The notes below the pieces were generated by a model, which saw only the letters and a list, made by a program, of their open reading frames with translations, did not search any database and was not told the origin of the DNA. From a bacterium (GTDB lineage: Bacteria > Bacillota_I > Bacilli_A > RFN20 > CAG-826): a DNA stretch of 64,000 nucleotides. Below, one piece after another: positions 18,732 to 28,726 of this stretch. The stretch lies in assembly GCA_963616935.1 (NCBI GenBank), contig CAVEMS010000004.1, forward strand, positions 69,459 to 133,458, written 5' to 3'. The translations under genes were made by a program, and so were the position numbers. Numbering within the stretch: the stretch's first letter is position 1; each line of letters opens with the position of its first letter.

Positions 18732-21700
18732 TTATTTTAAGACGGCGTTTTTGACGAAGGCAGCGTCTAAACCACTATTGCTGCCGCCGTCCTTCGTATA
18801 CAAGAACGTCACGGTGTCGCCTGCGGCAACGCTAATTGTCACGTCAGTCCAAGTCATCGCGCTATAAGTGCTGGCCGGGCTTTCTCCTTTCGATTTGCCA
18901 TCAACAATCGTCGTCGTGTTCGAACCGCTTGTGTGAGTGATGTAGATATAGTCATAACCTTTTTCACCAGAGCAAGCCCAAGAGAATGAGAAGGTTCCGG
19001 CTTTCGCAAAGGTAAACGTCATAGCGGATTTACCATAAGAGACGCCTTTCTGGCCACTCTTATAGACCTTTCCGTCGCTTTCTGGAGCGTCAGCGTATTC
19101 GTTCCAACCAGTGACGCTGGTGCCAGCATCCGTAGGAATCGATGTTCTATCGGAATAACTTCCCGTGCCGCCAGTCATAGAAATTATCTTATTATCCTGC
19201 AATTCTTCATGGACGATATCAATGGTAACGGAAGAAACATCGGTTATCCCTTCGCCAGCAACGGCACGGATCCAATAAGTACCGGCCGCAAGCATTTTGG
19301 TAACGCCTTCACCGCCGCTCGTAAGCGTCGCTAACGAAGTTGTCGAAGTTTCGCTTGAATATAGCTCAACGGTTGCTTGCCCACCTTCGATAGCGGCGAT
19401 AGACATCTTGAGATTATCAAACGAAGAAAGAGTGAACTTGCTCCAATACCCACTAGCATTCATCGTGGCGGATATAGAAGACGCATCAGAAGCGAGCGTT
19501 CCTAAGTCGGTAGCCACATCGGCCGAAGAACCGACCGTTTTCTTGGCGATACCGAATTTGATGGTGTCGAACGTCGCACTGACGGCAGGAATCTTAAGAT
19601 TCAAGTAATAGGTCTTGCCGGCTTCGAATACATATTCGGCATAGGCGCTATTTGGCGTGCCAAGCGTTTCGGCATGTGCGGATTTGTCGTCGTCTGTGTT
19701 TAGAACCGCCGTCAATGCGCTAGCGCTCGACCCAGTCGAATCGTAGACGTCGTTAATGTCGCTATCCGCGCCAGATGTCGCCGCGACGCCAGCCAAAGTG
19801 GCTTGGAAGTACATCTTATAAGTTCCACTCTCGGTTGCGGTGTATTTGAAGTATGTTCGGTAGTTGCCGGTAGCATAAGGCGTCATATCCATGAGTCCAT
19901 CAGAGCCGAAGGACATCGAATAAGCGGTCTCTGCGCTTTCGCCGGTCTCGGCGGTGTCACTTCTAGAGAATCTAAGAACGGCATCGGCATCGGCCCCGCT
20001 TATTTGAATGATGTAATCGGTATCAGCCGTGGTCTTATAGACGATCGTGCCATTTTTAGCACTCTTCAAAGTGCTGCCACTAGCGCTAAGCAAGGAGACG
20101 CTTACGCCAGTTCCCGCATTCGAAGTGTCGATTGTCAAGAAGTTAGGGGCATCGGCGGTGAAACGATAGAACCTTCCATCGGTTGTCGAAGCCAAAGTCG
20201 TATCGACGTCATAAGCCAACGTGATATCGGCTGGCAAATTGACGGAGTCGCCAGCGACGACTTTGCTGAGATTGAATTCGTAATCAACCCAAGTGACGCC
20301 GCTATAACCGCCGGTATATCCAACGAACATCGTGTAATCGCCAGCCGTGAGGGTGATCTCTTTCTTCTTCAAGATCGTGCCATTGGCACTGCTTTCGAAG
20401 GTTTGCTTCGTATCGCCAGAAGCATCATAGATGATGACTTTCTGCTTATAGCTGCTAGAGCCGACTCCAGTCGTCAAAGTGAATAACGCGGATTCGTCAG
20501 TAACCGTGAACTTATAGAAGGAACCGGCATCATAGCCATTCGTGCCAACCGAGGAATTAATATTGGTAACGGTCTCGCTGTTGCCAATCTCATAATCCAA
20601 GGCGCTATTTCTCGAATAACCGGCCGGGGCGGCAGAGATGACGTAATCAGGCTTAGTTCCGTCAATCTTAGAAGATAACGTATTGGTGGTGATTTCGATG
20701 TAATAAGTCTTTCCGGCCGTGACATCAAGAGCCATCGATGCCGCTTTGTTTCCTTTGATGTTGCCAAGAGCGGTCGATAGATCGTCTTCGCAATATGCGG
20801 AAGCGGATAGCCATTGTGAGCCATCATACTCATTTCTAGCGAGGACCAAGGACGCAGTAGATGAAGCGACATACTTATAAACGATCCTTCTGTCGGTCGA
20901 ATCGAAGTATGGCGTAACCGCTGTGTCAAGGGTCATCGTTTCAGCGTCCAATGTGCCATCGCAATCGAACGTGAAGAACTTCATCGCCAAAGTGCCGTAA
21001 TTCGGATAAGTCTCAGCATTGTACGACATCGTCACTTTAAGGTAATAGGTGTCTCCAGGTTTAGCGAAGATGCGCGTAGGACCGCTGCTGCTCGTCGATT
21101 TTTGAACAACATTTTCGGTCGATAGCGAATGCCCGCTCGCGGCAGTGACTTTCGTCGTTTTGTCGCTCTCATAGACTTGGATGTTTTGCGACAAGCTAGT
21201 CTTAGAAATTGAAGTATCTTTAATGCAGCTATCGGTATCGACTTGGAAATAGTACCAATCGCCATCGGCGCTAAGCCCAGCATCGGTAGGGACGCTGAAT
21301 TTGATGTATTCGTATTCTTTTCCCGGATATAAGGAGGCGGTGAAATTCTGAGCGCTCGATGGAGTGATTTCGCGCGGATTATCAAGGCTATATCCGGCGC
21401 CTGGATTGCCGTAAACGGCGTAAATGTCCAAATCCGAAGTGACTGCCTCATCGAAATCGAACGGGATCATCCCGCCCTCATCGAGGAACCAGCCCTTGAA
21501 TTCCTTGCCAGAAAGAACCGGACTTCCAGGATTGGAGATAGTGCGATCGTTTCTCGCTTCAATAACGACGTCGCCAGTCGTAGTGCCAAGTTTGCCTTCG
21601 CCATAATGGAAAGTGACGGTGTTGTTATAAGAATCGGAGCACCAGGTGTCGAGAGCAAAGAAACCGCTGTTCTTGTTATCTTCGGTCTTTAAGGCCGCCC

Positions 21701-22805
21701 ACTCGCTTTCGGTGCCTTCATATTTGGCTGAGGTTAACGTATTGCTTGCGTTAAAGAAAGCGTTAGGAATCGATTCGACACTCGCATCGACAACGATGTT
21801 TTTAGCCCAGAATGAGGCGGCATTGTCGTTAACGAGGTTTGTGGCTTCGTAAACCAGCGTTCCGAGAGCGTAATAACTCGATCCATAATACGCTTCCGCC
21901 TCGACGGTCGTAACGCTAGAAGGAATGTTGACTTTCGTTACATTCGGTCGATAGAAGGCCCATTTTTTAAGCGTCGTAATGGTGTTAGGCAAGACAAGAT
22001 TGCTGATTACGTGCGAAGAAGAGTTGTTAAATCCTCTAGCCCCAATCGTCGTGATCGTTCCATCCTTGACGGCATAGTTGTCGGTCACGGTGAAGTGATA
22101 TGGCGAAACATAGATCTCGGTGTTGTTGATAAGACTATCGTTGGTTCCCGAGATGTAATATTCGTCGGTGGTGCCATCGAGCTTTTCAAAATTGACGTAT
22201 TTGTTCTCGCCTTCGATACCTTGGGCATTGATGATGAATTCTTGGCTCACGGTTTCAGTCGAAGTGGCGCTAAATTTCACGATTATCGTGTCGAAATAAT
22301 GCGCAAGAGGAACGTTACGGAGCGTATAGATGATGTAATAGTTCTTGGTATAAGTCGGTTTATCGCCATTCCAAGAGACATTGGCATCATCGGTAAGTGA
22401 GGAATAAACGGCCTCAACGGAGAAAGTCCGTTCTTCTTTGACCGTCTCCTCGCCTTCGGCGGCTGTCGTTTTCTCGCTACGCGGCGCGACCACTTTCGAG
22501 GTGACGCTAGCGGATGTCAAATCCTTATAACCATCCACCACCGCGATAATTCTGACGGACATCGAGGATTCCTTCTTATCGAGGATCTGATATCCGAAAG
22601 AGGAAGACATATTGACTTTGTTTTCGGCGACGGTCGCTCCCAAAGCGACTTTCTTACCGACTTCATCCGACGTCTCAACAACGTCGTCGATCACACTTTC
22701 GTTAGGAGCGGGATCGTCGCTAGGCGAATCGAAATGGCTGCAACCGGTGGCAATAAAGCCGGTAAGCATAGCCAAGGAGAGAATTAATATCTTTTGCTTT
22801 TTCAT
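18732..22805 (-). CDS. giant surface lipoprotein (1357 aa) containing a Listeria-Bacteroides-type repeat
   Basis: Lipobox ATGCS. Segment LSGKEFKGWFLDEGGMIPFDFDEAVTSDLDIYAVYG matches the consensus of the Listeria-Bacteroides repeat (GW...PFDF...ITLYA.W). RBS GGAGG. Confidence 0.65.
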   Translation of the reverse strand: MKKQKILILSLAMLTGFIATGCSHFDSPSDDPAPNESVIDDVVETSDEVGKKVALGATVAENKVNMSSSFGYQILDKKESSMSVRIIAVVDGYKDLTSASVTSKVVAPRSEKTTAAEGEETVKEERTFSVEAVYSSLTDDANVSWNGDKPTYTKNYYIIYTLRNVPLAHYFDTIIVKFSATSTETVSQEFIINAQGIEGENKYVNFEKLDGTTDEYYISGTNDSLINNTEIYVSPYHFTVTDNYAVKDGTITTIGARGFNNSSSHVISNLVLPNTITTLKKWAFYRPNVTKVNIPSSVTTVEAEAYYGSSYYALGTLVYEATNLVNDNAASFWAKNIVVDASVESIPNAFFNASNTLTSAKYEGTESEWAALKTEDNKNSGFFALDTWCSDSYNNTVTFHYGEGKLGTTTGDVVIEARNDRTISNPGSPVLSGKEFKGWFLDEGGMIPFDFDEAVTSDLDIYAVYGNPGAGYSLDNPREITPSSAQNFTASLYPGKEYEYIKFSVPTDAGLSADGDWYYFQVDTDSCIKDTSISKTSLSQNIQVYESDKTTKVTAASGHSLSTENVVQKSTSSSGPTRIFAKPGDTYYLKVTMSYNAETYPNYGTLAMKFFTFDCDGTLDAETMTLDTAVTPYFDSTDRRIVYKYVASSTASLVLARNEYDGSQWLSASAYCEDDLSTALGNIKGNKAASMALDVTAGKTYYIEITTNTLSSKIDGTKPDYVISAAPAGYSRNSALDYEIGNSETVTNINSSVGTNGYDAGSFYKFTVTDESALFTLTTGVGSSSYKQKVIIYDASGDTKQTFESSANGTILKKKEITLTAGDYTMFVGYTGGYSGVTWVDYEFNLSKVVAGDSVNLPADITLAYDVDTTLASTTDGRFYRFTADAPNFLTIDTSNAGTGVSVSLLSASGSTLKSAKNGTIVYKTTADTDYIIQISGADADAVLRFSRSDTAETGESAETAYSMSFGSDGLMDMTPYATGNYRTYFKYTATESGTYKMYFQATLAGVAATSGADSDINDVYDSTGSSASALTAVLNTDDDKSAHAETLGTPNSAYAEYVFEAGKTYYLNLKIPAVSATFDTIKFGIAKKTVGSSADVATDLGTLASDASSISATMNASGYWSKFTLSSFDNLKMSIAAIEGGQATVELYSSETSTTSLATLTSGGEGVTKMLAAGTYWIRAVAGEGITDVSSVTIDIVHEELQDNKIISMTGGTGSYSDRTSIPTDAGTSVTGWNEYADAPESDGKVYKSGQKGVSYGKSAMTFTFAKAGTFSFSWACSGEKGYDYIYITHTSGSNTTTIVDGKSKGESPASTYSAMTWTDVTISVAAGDTVTFLYTKDGGSNSGLDAAFVKNAVLK

Positions 22806-22824
22806 TGTTCATTACCTCCGCGAA

Positions 22825-25080
22825 TTACCATTCTTGATCGACGCCGGAATCGCTACCGCCGGCCCCACCGTTATGGACGTTATGTCCAACGACCGCGACT
22901 GGGAAGGCATCGGTTTCTTCAATCGTCACCACCGTGCCGTCTGGTTCGGTCGTGTCTTCGAACGTAAGACTAATGGTCGCGGTTCTATTGACGTAATCAT
23001 GGGCAACGGCGAATTTGCTAACGGACACCGAAGCTTCGTTAAGACCCAAGAAATAGATGAAGGAAGCGATAGTGCCCAAAGAATTGATGTTACTCGAATC
23101 GATATCGACGGAATAGGTGTCGATATGACCTTCTAAGCTACTTCCGACATACTCCAAGACGGAATTCGAAAGAATCGCATCCCAAGATAAGAGGTTGGCT
23201 AAATATGATGGCGCCAAAGCGGTTCCCGTCGGGTCCGTCATAGCAGCGTTCTCATATACATATTCATCATCTTCGGCATTATGCGAGAACTGATGGAGCG
23301 CTCCTTCAACATTGACGACGCCGCTATCGGCATTTTGACGATAGACGCCTTCATTCTCTATATAGGTGAAAGAATAAGGATCGGTGACCGTTTTTTGGGC
23401 CGGTTCTCCAGTCGCATTCGTAACGGTCGTCACTCCATCGGCCGTTTCGACATTCACGATGCCGAATAAAAGGCCATTCGTGCCTACGCCTCCACTTGGA
23501 GCATAGAACGCCACTATATACGTCTTTCCGGCCGTAAGAGCGGTTTCCACACATGAATCATATTTATACAAGCAGTAGTTAGTGTCAGCTCCACTCTTCG
23601 AGAAATCGTCGTTATAAGTGCCAGATATCGCAGTTGACGAAACGGTTCCGTCTTCCAAGACCTCATAAACATAGTTCAACTTCATGTCTTTCTCGTCCAC
23701 GTTATTAGTGAAGATTTTATACGTGCCGGTTTTCGTTACGGAGAATTTGACATAATGATTATCTCCATCGCTGACATCAGAGGATGAAAGATGCATCGCC
23801 AAAACGCCATCCGGCGGCAAGGTTCCGCTATAAGTCGAAGTGATTGGAGTATCCGCCTTATAGTCGAACGCATCGTCTTTGCTCTTACCACCATGCGTCG
23901 CATCGACTAAATGCGAATGAGTGACGCTGGCTTTATAGGAAGCGTGAAGATTCGTGATTTTGCTCGCATCAAGAGACGGATCGCCAGCGACGGTGATGCT
24001 CACCGTGTCGGTCACGGAGCCACAGGTTGCGGTTATGGTTGCGTTTCCTTCTCCCATCGCGATTACGGTTCCATCGCTACCGACGGACAAAACGTTGGTG
24101 TCCGAAGAGGACCACGCAATCGTGTCGGTCGTATCGGCAGGAGTCGCGGTTGCGCTTAATTTCACGCTATTATGTAACGTCATTGTGCCAACTGAAGATT
24201 TGTCAGCGATCGTGACGCTTGTGGCGGCGGCATCGGCTTTAGTGACCCTAATGGTGTAAGTGGCCGTCGATTCGTGTTCGCCATCGTGCAAAACGCAGGT
24301 TATCGTCGCTTCGCCTTCGGCTTGGCCGGAGACCGTAGCAGTAGAACCGTTGGTCAATTTCTGAACATTGGCAATATCGGCATTCGAAGAAGTCCAAGTG
24401 TACTCGGCAGCCGAGGTCGTATATGACGTCACGGCGGTCAAAACGCAGGAGTCTCCAACGGAAATCTCAGATTTGGTGGCCGCTATATGATTGATAACAG
24501 GCGTCGCGTCTCCGCATGTATAGGTGAAGACGATCGAAGTGAAGGAAGTCCCTTCCCCTGTCGCGAATTCGAGTTTGACACGGGAGGCCTTGCCGCTCTT
24601 TGAGAGGGCGACGGTCTTATCGCCCGCGCTATCGGCGGCGACGGAAATCGCTTCGATATCTGTTAACGAATCGTCTTGGAAGGAAGCCGTGAGCCCGTTT
24701 TTGGAATCCAGCCCTTTGATTTCTATTTGTTTGAAGCCCGTTCCAACGCGGTTATTGGCATCAACCGTTGCACCGGCCAAATCCGAATTATAAATCGAAC
24801 CGCCGGCGATATTGATCTTGCCATCCGCATAATAGGCTCCGCTGACGGAGAAACCGAGTCCGCAGGCTACGAATGTGCCTGATTTTCTGTCGGTTGATGA
24901 GCCGTCACCGCCTAGCGCGGCCCTAATTTCCTCGGCCGTGACGACGAATGAACGGACATTGTCTTCCGACGCCGTGATCCCAAACGGCTTCATCATGCCG
25001 TTCGTTCCGATCGCCAAAACGCCAGCTCCGCCAAGCGCAGCTACCGCCAATAGCGACAATACCTTGATCTTCTTTTTCAT
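22825..25080 (-). CDS. secreted protein (751 aa) with tandem bacterial Ig-like (Big_2) domains, first gene of the operon
   Basis: Signal peptide without a Cys lipobox. Two segments fit Big_2 (for example SATATPADTTDTIAWSSSDTNVLSVGSDGTVIAMGEGNATITATCGSVTDTVSITV). Confidence 0.65.
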   Translation of the reverse strand: MKKKIKVLSLLAVAALGGAGVLAIGTNGMMKPFGITASEDNVRSFVVTAEEIRAALGGDGSSTDRKSGTFVACGLGFSVSGAYYADGKINIAGGSIYNSDLAGATVDANNRVGTGFKQIEIKGLDSKNGLTASFQDDSLTDIEAISVAADSAGDKTVALSKSGKASRVKLEFATGEGTSFTSIVFTYTCGDATPVINHIAATKSEISVGDSCVLTAVTSYTTSAAEYTWTSSNADIANVQKLTNGSTATVSGQAEGEATITCVLHDGEHESTATYTIRVTKADAAATSVTIADKSSVGTMTLHNSVKLSATATPADTTDTIAWSSSDTNVLSVGSDGTVIAMGEGNATITATCGSVTDTVSITVAGDPSLDASKITNLHASYKASVTHSHLVDATHGGKSKDDAFDYKADTPITSTYSGTLPPDGVLAMHLSSSDVSDGDNHYVKFSVTKTGTYKIFTNNVDEKDMKLNYVYEVLEDGTVSSTAISGTYNDDFSKSGADTNYCLYKYDSCVETALTAGKTYIVAFYAPSGGVGTNGLLFGIVNVETADGVTTVTNATGEPAQKTVTDPYSFTYIENEGVYRQNADSGVVNVEGALHQFSHNAEDDEYVYENAAMTDPTGTALAPSYLANLLSWDAILSNSVLEYVGSSLEGHIDTYSVDIDSSNINSLGTIASFIYFLGLNEASVSVSKFAVAHDYVNRTATISLTFEDTTEPDGTVVTIEETDAFPVAVVGHNVHNGGAGGSDSGVDQEW

Positions 25081-25593
25081 TTTGTCCTTTCCGCCATCCT
25101 TATATTTATATATAAAGAGGCAATGTGCGATTACAAAACCTTAACCACTTCAATTCGCTATATATGAAGAATCAGATTCAAACGAATTCTTTTTTTCCTT
25201 CATCATCCGAAATGGGTGGTTAATCAATGACGTTTCAAGTCTTCTATAATTTTATAATCCCACCTTTCATAACATGTGCATTATCCATTACAAATGAAAA
25301 TCGTCAATCATTATTTTTCAAAACTATGAAATATTTTCATTTTTAGAATCAATCGACCGATTCAATCTAATGTTTTCCTTGTTTAAAAATGAAAAATGCA
25401 TTGTTTTGCCCGACCATTCGTGAGTATCAAAATAAGATGGAAAGGCCGGCAAAGGGATCTAAATAATTTCATCAACCATGCACGATAATTTCATTAAATG
25501 GCAGAAGCGGAATGGCCAGTCCCTCTTGATTGCAAGGGAGTGATGGCGCGTTCAGTCATTTCGCCTATTGACCTTTCTCAAAATGAATTCGTT

Positions 25594-25626
25594 TATCACC
25601 AAAAATTAACCATTTTTTTGGTGATA
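25594..25626. promoter_or_regulatory. perfect 12-bp inverted repeat TATCACCAAAAA-N9-TTTTTGGTGATA upstream of the Fic gene
   Basis: Seen directly; located 25-60 bp upstream of the fic ORF start. Confidence 0.35.
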
Positions 25627-25651
25627 TATTTAATGATAATTCTTCCGTTTC

Positions 25652-26775
25652 TTGAATGTTGCAGCGCGTGGCACTCACGATTGGCAGTCGCCCAAATCTT
25701 CTAATGACATCCCTATGATCACCAATTCGATGAAAAAATTTTTCGATTATTCGAAACTTGCCGAAAGGAATTTCGATAAGGAAATCATCAATTACATCGG
25801 TCTCATCCACGAGTTTAAAGGAAGACAGGGCCTTTCCCTGAAGCAAAGGAAAGATGATTTGGACAAACTTATCGAAATATCTAAAGTTCAAAGTACGGAG
25901 GCTTCAAACGAAATCGAGGGAATCGTCACAGCCAATCAAAGGCTCAAAGAACTGATGGCAGATAAAACGACCCCTAGGAACAGAAACGAGAAAGAAATTC
26001 AAGGATACCGTTAGCCCTTAATATGGTTCACGAGAGTTTCGAATATATTCCAATTAGGCCGAACGCCATTCTTCAACTGCATAAGGAGATGTACCAATTC
26101 CTAGACGTTCGATTTGGCGGAAGGTTCAAGGATACGCCTAACGAAGTAGACGCAATATACCCAGACAGCAGAAAGATCACGCTCTTCAAGCCTTTGGAGC
26201 CATATGAGACTCCCAAAGCCGTCGAGGCAATCTGCGAAGAATACGACAAGGTAATAAGCAAATACTATATCGATCCGCTGATCGCTATTCCCGTATTCAT
26301 TCATGATTTCCTTTGCATTCATCCCTTCAATGACGGAAATGGTAGGATGTCTAGGTTGCTTACCACCCTACTTCTATATAGGGGCGGTTATGCCATTGGC
26401 AAATGCATTTCTCTTGATAAAAAAATACAGCTAACAAAACTTGATTATTACGATGCCTTACAACAAAGTTCTACGGGTTGGATGGAATCGACTCACGACG
26501 ACACCCCTTTCATCAAATATCTATTAGGAACAATACTAGCAGCCTATAGGGACTTCGAAGAAAGAGTCGATGTTGTCGGCCATAAAATGTCTGCATTAGG
26601 AATGGTCGAGAAAGCCATGAAATCAAAGCTTGGCAAATTCACTAAAAGCGACATCGTGGAGCTATGTCCAGAAATTGGAAGAGGCTCCGTCGAACAATCG
26701 CTTAAAATCCTTTGTGAAAGAGACATCATCAAGAAGGAAGGTGTCGGCAGTGCCACTTTCTATCACCTGAAATAA
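25652..26775 (+). pseudogene. fic: Fic-family (Fido) protein gene interrupted by a frameshift, with pieces at 25652..26014 and 26023..26775
   Basis: The canonical Fic motif HPFNDGNGRMSR sits in the second ORF. The N-terminal 120 aa are in a different frame (frame 2 versus frame 1); the frames overlap between 25978 and 26014 in an A-rich stretch. The combined length of about 370 aa is typical of Fic proteins. Confidence 0.6.
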
Positions 26776-26929
26776 CGGCATTTCCTTCAAAACGATTATC
26801 GAAACCCATCCATATAGTCCTTTAAGGCTTATTAGACGAAATAAAGTCATAATGGATCGCTTTTACCGATCCTCCACCACATCTATGCAATAAAAAAGGC
26901 GATCAACACCGATCGCCCATTCTTTCGAT

Positions 26930-27011
26930 TGGTGCCCCGAGTGAGAGTCGAACTCGCATGGTTTCCCGAACGATTTTGAGTCGTTTGCGTCTACCATTCC
27001 GCCATCGGGGC
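26930..27011 (-). tRNA. tRNA-Leu(CAA)
   Basis: The reverse complement folds as a cloverleaf with acceptor GCCCCGA/TCGGGGC and 3' CCA, anticodon loop CUCAAAA and a long variable arm. Confidence 0.7.
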
Positions 27012-27194
27012 GTTTTGCCTATGCTTCCAAACTTCATCAGGATGGAAGACGGCTTACGAATTATAGGATAAGCACCCAAAACAATCAACTTTAAGTTAGG
27101 ATCGGCCGTAGATTTGTGAGCGGAGCCACTCAAAACGGCAGATTCTCAAACCAAATAATGACTTTTCGATTTTAGATGCAAAAAACAAAAACTA

Positions 27195-27752
27195 CTATTT
27201 GTCGAATATGGCGAACAGTTCTTCGTTGGAATATATTTCCGCGCCATACACTTCTTTCAAATACTTGAGGCCGTATTCGTAATCTTCTTTAGTGAAGGAA
27301 TTGGTTGCGTCTTTCGCCACCACCACTTTATAACCCAATTGATAAGCATCGGCGGAAGTGTGACGGACGCACATATGAGTGTGTAAACCAGTTAATATTA
27401 CCGCATTGACCCCAAGCTCGCGGAGAAGAATGTCCAGATCGGTTTGGAAGAAGCCGCTGTAACGGCGTTTAGGAACAACGTAATCAGAGTCACAAGGACC
27501 CAATTCTGGAATCACTTCAGCGCCCTTGGTTCCTGCAATCGCATGATCGCCCCAAAGTTCCAATTCCTTATCGATGCCTTTTAGGTGCGCATCGTTACAA
27601 AAAATAACTGGCACATTGTGGGCGCGGGCCTCTTTTAGCAATTCGGCCGTAGGTTCAACTATAGCGAGTCCGCGATCGCATTTTAGCGAGCCTGTAACAA
27701 AGTCATTAAGCATATCGACGACAAGAATAGCGGTTTTACTTTTTTCAAACAT
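27195..27752 (-). CDS. isochorismatase-family cysteine hydrolase (nicotinamidase-like)
   Basis: VVDMLNDFV...VIFCNDAH and the catalytic Cys region are typical of isochorismatase hydrolases. Start chosen at MFEKSK, which has a strong AAGGAGA RBS; the track ORF extends to 27794. Confidence 0.75.
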   Translation of the reverse strand: MFEKSKTAILVVDMLNDFVTGSLKCDRGLAIVEPTAELLKEARAHNVPVIFCNDAHLKGIDKELELWGDHAIAGTKGAEVIPELGPCDSDYVVPKRRYSGFFQTDLDILLRELGVNAVILTGLHTHMCVRHTSADAYQLGYKVVVAKDATNSFTKEDYEYGLKYLKEVYGAEIYSNEELFAIFDK

Positions 27753-27837
27753 AAAGATTCTCCTTGAGTTCGCTTTGCGACGAAATGATAGCAAAAATAT
27801 AAATACAATTCTTTATCGTTTTATAAATTGACATTAT

Positions 27838-28392
27838 TTATAAGACTGATTTGAATTTTTCAGTTTTTAAAATTGACATTATTATTTCGACGATTTCATC
27901 TTGCTTGTAGTGGCAGCCATCTAGCACATACATCCTTAAAACAGAAAACAAGAAATCAATTAATGAAAATTCTATGAAAACATTTTCATCATCTATTTTC
28001 CCACGCCTATCCGGCTTTGTTTTTTTCAAATATGGCAATATGAGGTTTCTAAATTTGCCATTGAAACGGTATCGATCAACTGAGTATGCGGCGTACAAAA
28101 GCTTTTTATTCACTTTGGCAAAGGATACCAATGGCTCTATCAAAGTCTCCACATTTGATGCAGAGACCGCCGATATCTCTTTAAAAAGCAAGGATATAGC
28201 AGCGTCTTCGATCGCTGAAAATAAGGCATCTAATGACTGATAATGCAGATAAAATGTGGATTTATTGACATCTGCCTTATAACAAACGTCTTCGATCGTT
28301 ATATATGACATTTTCTCCTCGTTTAGAAGCGCAATGCACGAATCGACGATTGTTTTCTCTGTTTTTACGAATCTTCTGTCGGTTGTTCTCAT
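27838..28392 (-). CDS. TetR/AcrR-family transcriptional regulator
   Basis: N-terminal HTH ITIEDVCYKADVNKSTFYLHYQSLDAL. It lies immediately upstream of the isochorismatase gene, so the two probably form an operon. Confidence 0.75.
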   Translation of the reverse strand: MRTTDRRFVKTEKTIVDSCIALLNEEKMSYITIEDVCYKADVNKSTFYLHYQSLDALFSAIEDAAISLLFKEISAVSASNVETLIEPLVSFAKVNKKLLYAAYSVDRYRFNGKFRNLILPYLKKTKPDRRGKIDDENVFIEFSLIDFLFSVLRMYVLDGCHYKQDEIVEIIMSILKTEKFKSVL

Positions 28393-28678
28393 ATTTAAAA
28401 ATATACCGCATTAACTGATTTTTTAAAATACTTTTGTCTATTAATAGAATAAAGTCTTTTATTTTTTCACTTATTATCATGTTTTTTATTTGATCGCCTC
28501 GATCACTCGGACTTGCCGTTCGCAAAACCACAAACCGCATTTAGACGTGACGGCCACAGTGTCTTCCGCATCCAATTCTAGAAAATCGAAACGTTCAGTA
28601 TCTGCGCTCATTTCGCTAACAGCCATGCGTCGTCAAAACACTAGTCCAAAATCTGCAATTCTGGATATGGAAAATGCA

Positions 28679-28706
28679 AAAAGCCCGAGTGTATCGGGCT
28701 TTGTAA
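28679..28706 (-). terminator. rho-independent terminator downstream of the ATPase gene
   Basis: AAGCCCGA-GTGTA-TCGGGCTT hairpin followed on the minus strand by TTTTGCATTTT. Confidence 0.5.
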
Positions 28707-28726
28707 TCAAATTCAACGATTCGTTT

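Noticed and set aside
18732-25080. Numerous 60-230-aa ORFs on the opposite strand or in other frames inside the large lipoprotein genes (for example 19803..20486, 20474..20929, 23954..24259)
   Set aside because: They are fully embedded in long, well-supported genes that have signal peptides and domain motifs; they are products of repetitive Ser/Thr/Gly/Ala-rich coding sequence.
11487-25080. Diversity-generating retroelement or other variation mechanism acting on the surface-protein genes
   Set aside because: No reverse transcriptase, no obvious template/variable repeat pair, and no invertible-promoter inverted repeats were detectable by eye. This cannot be fully excluded without computational repeat search.
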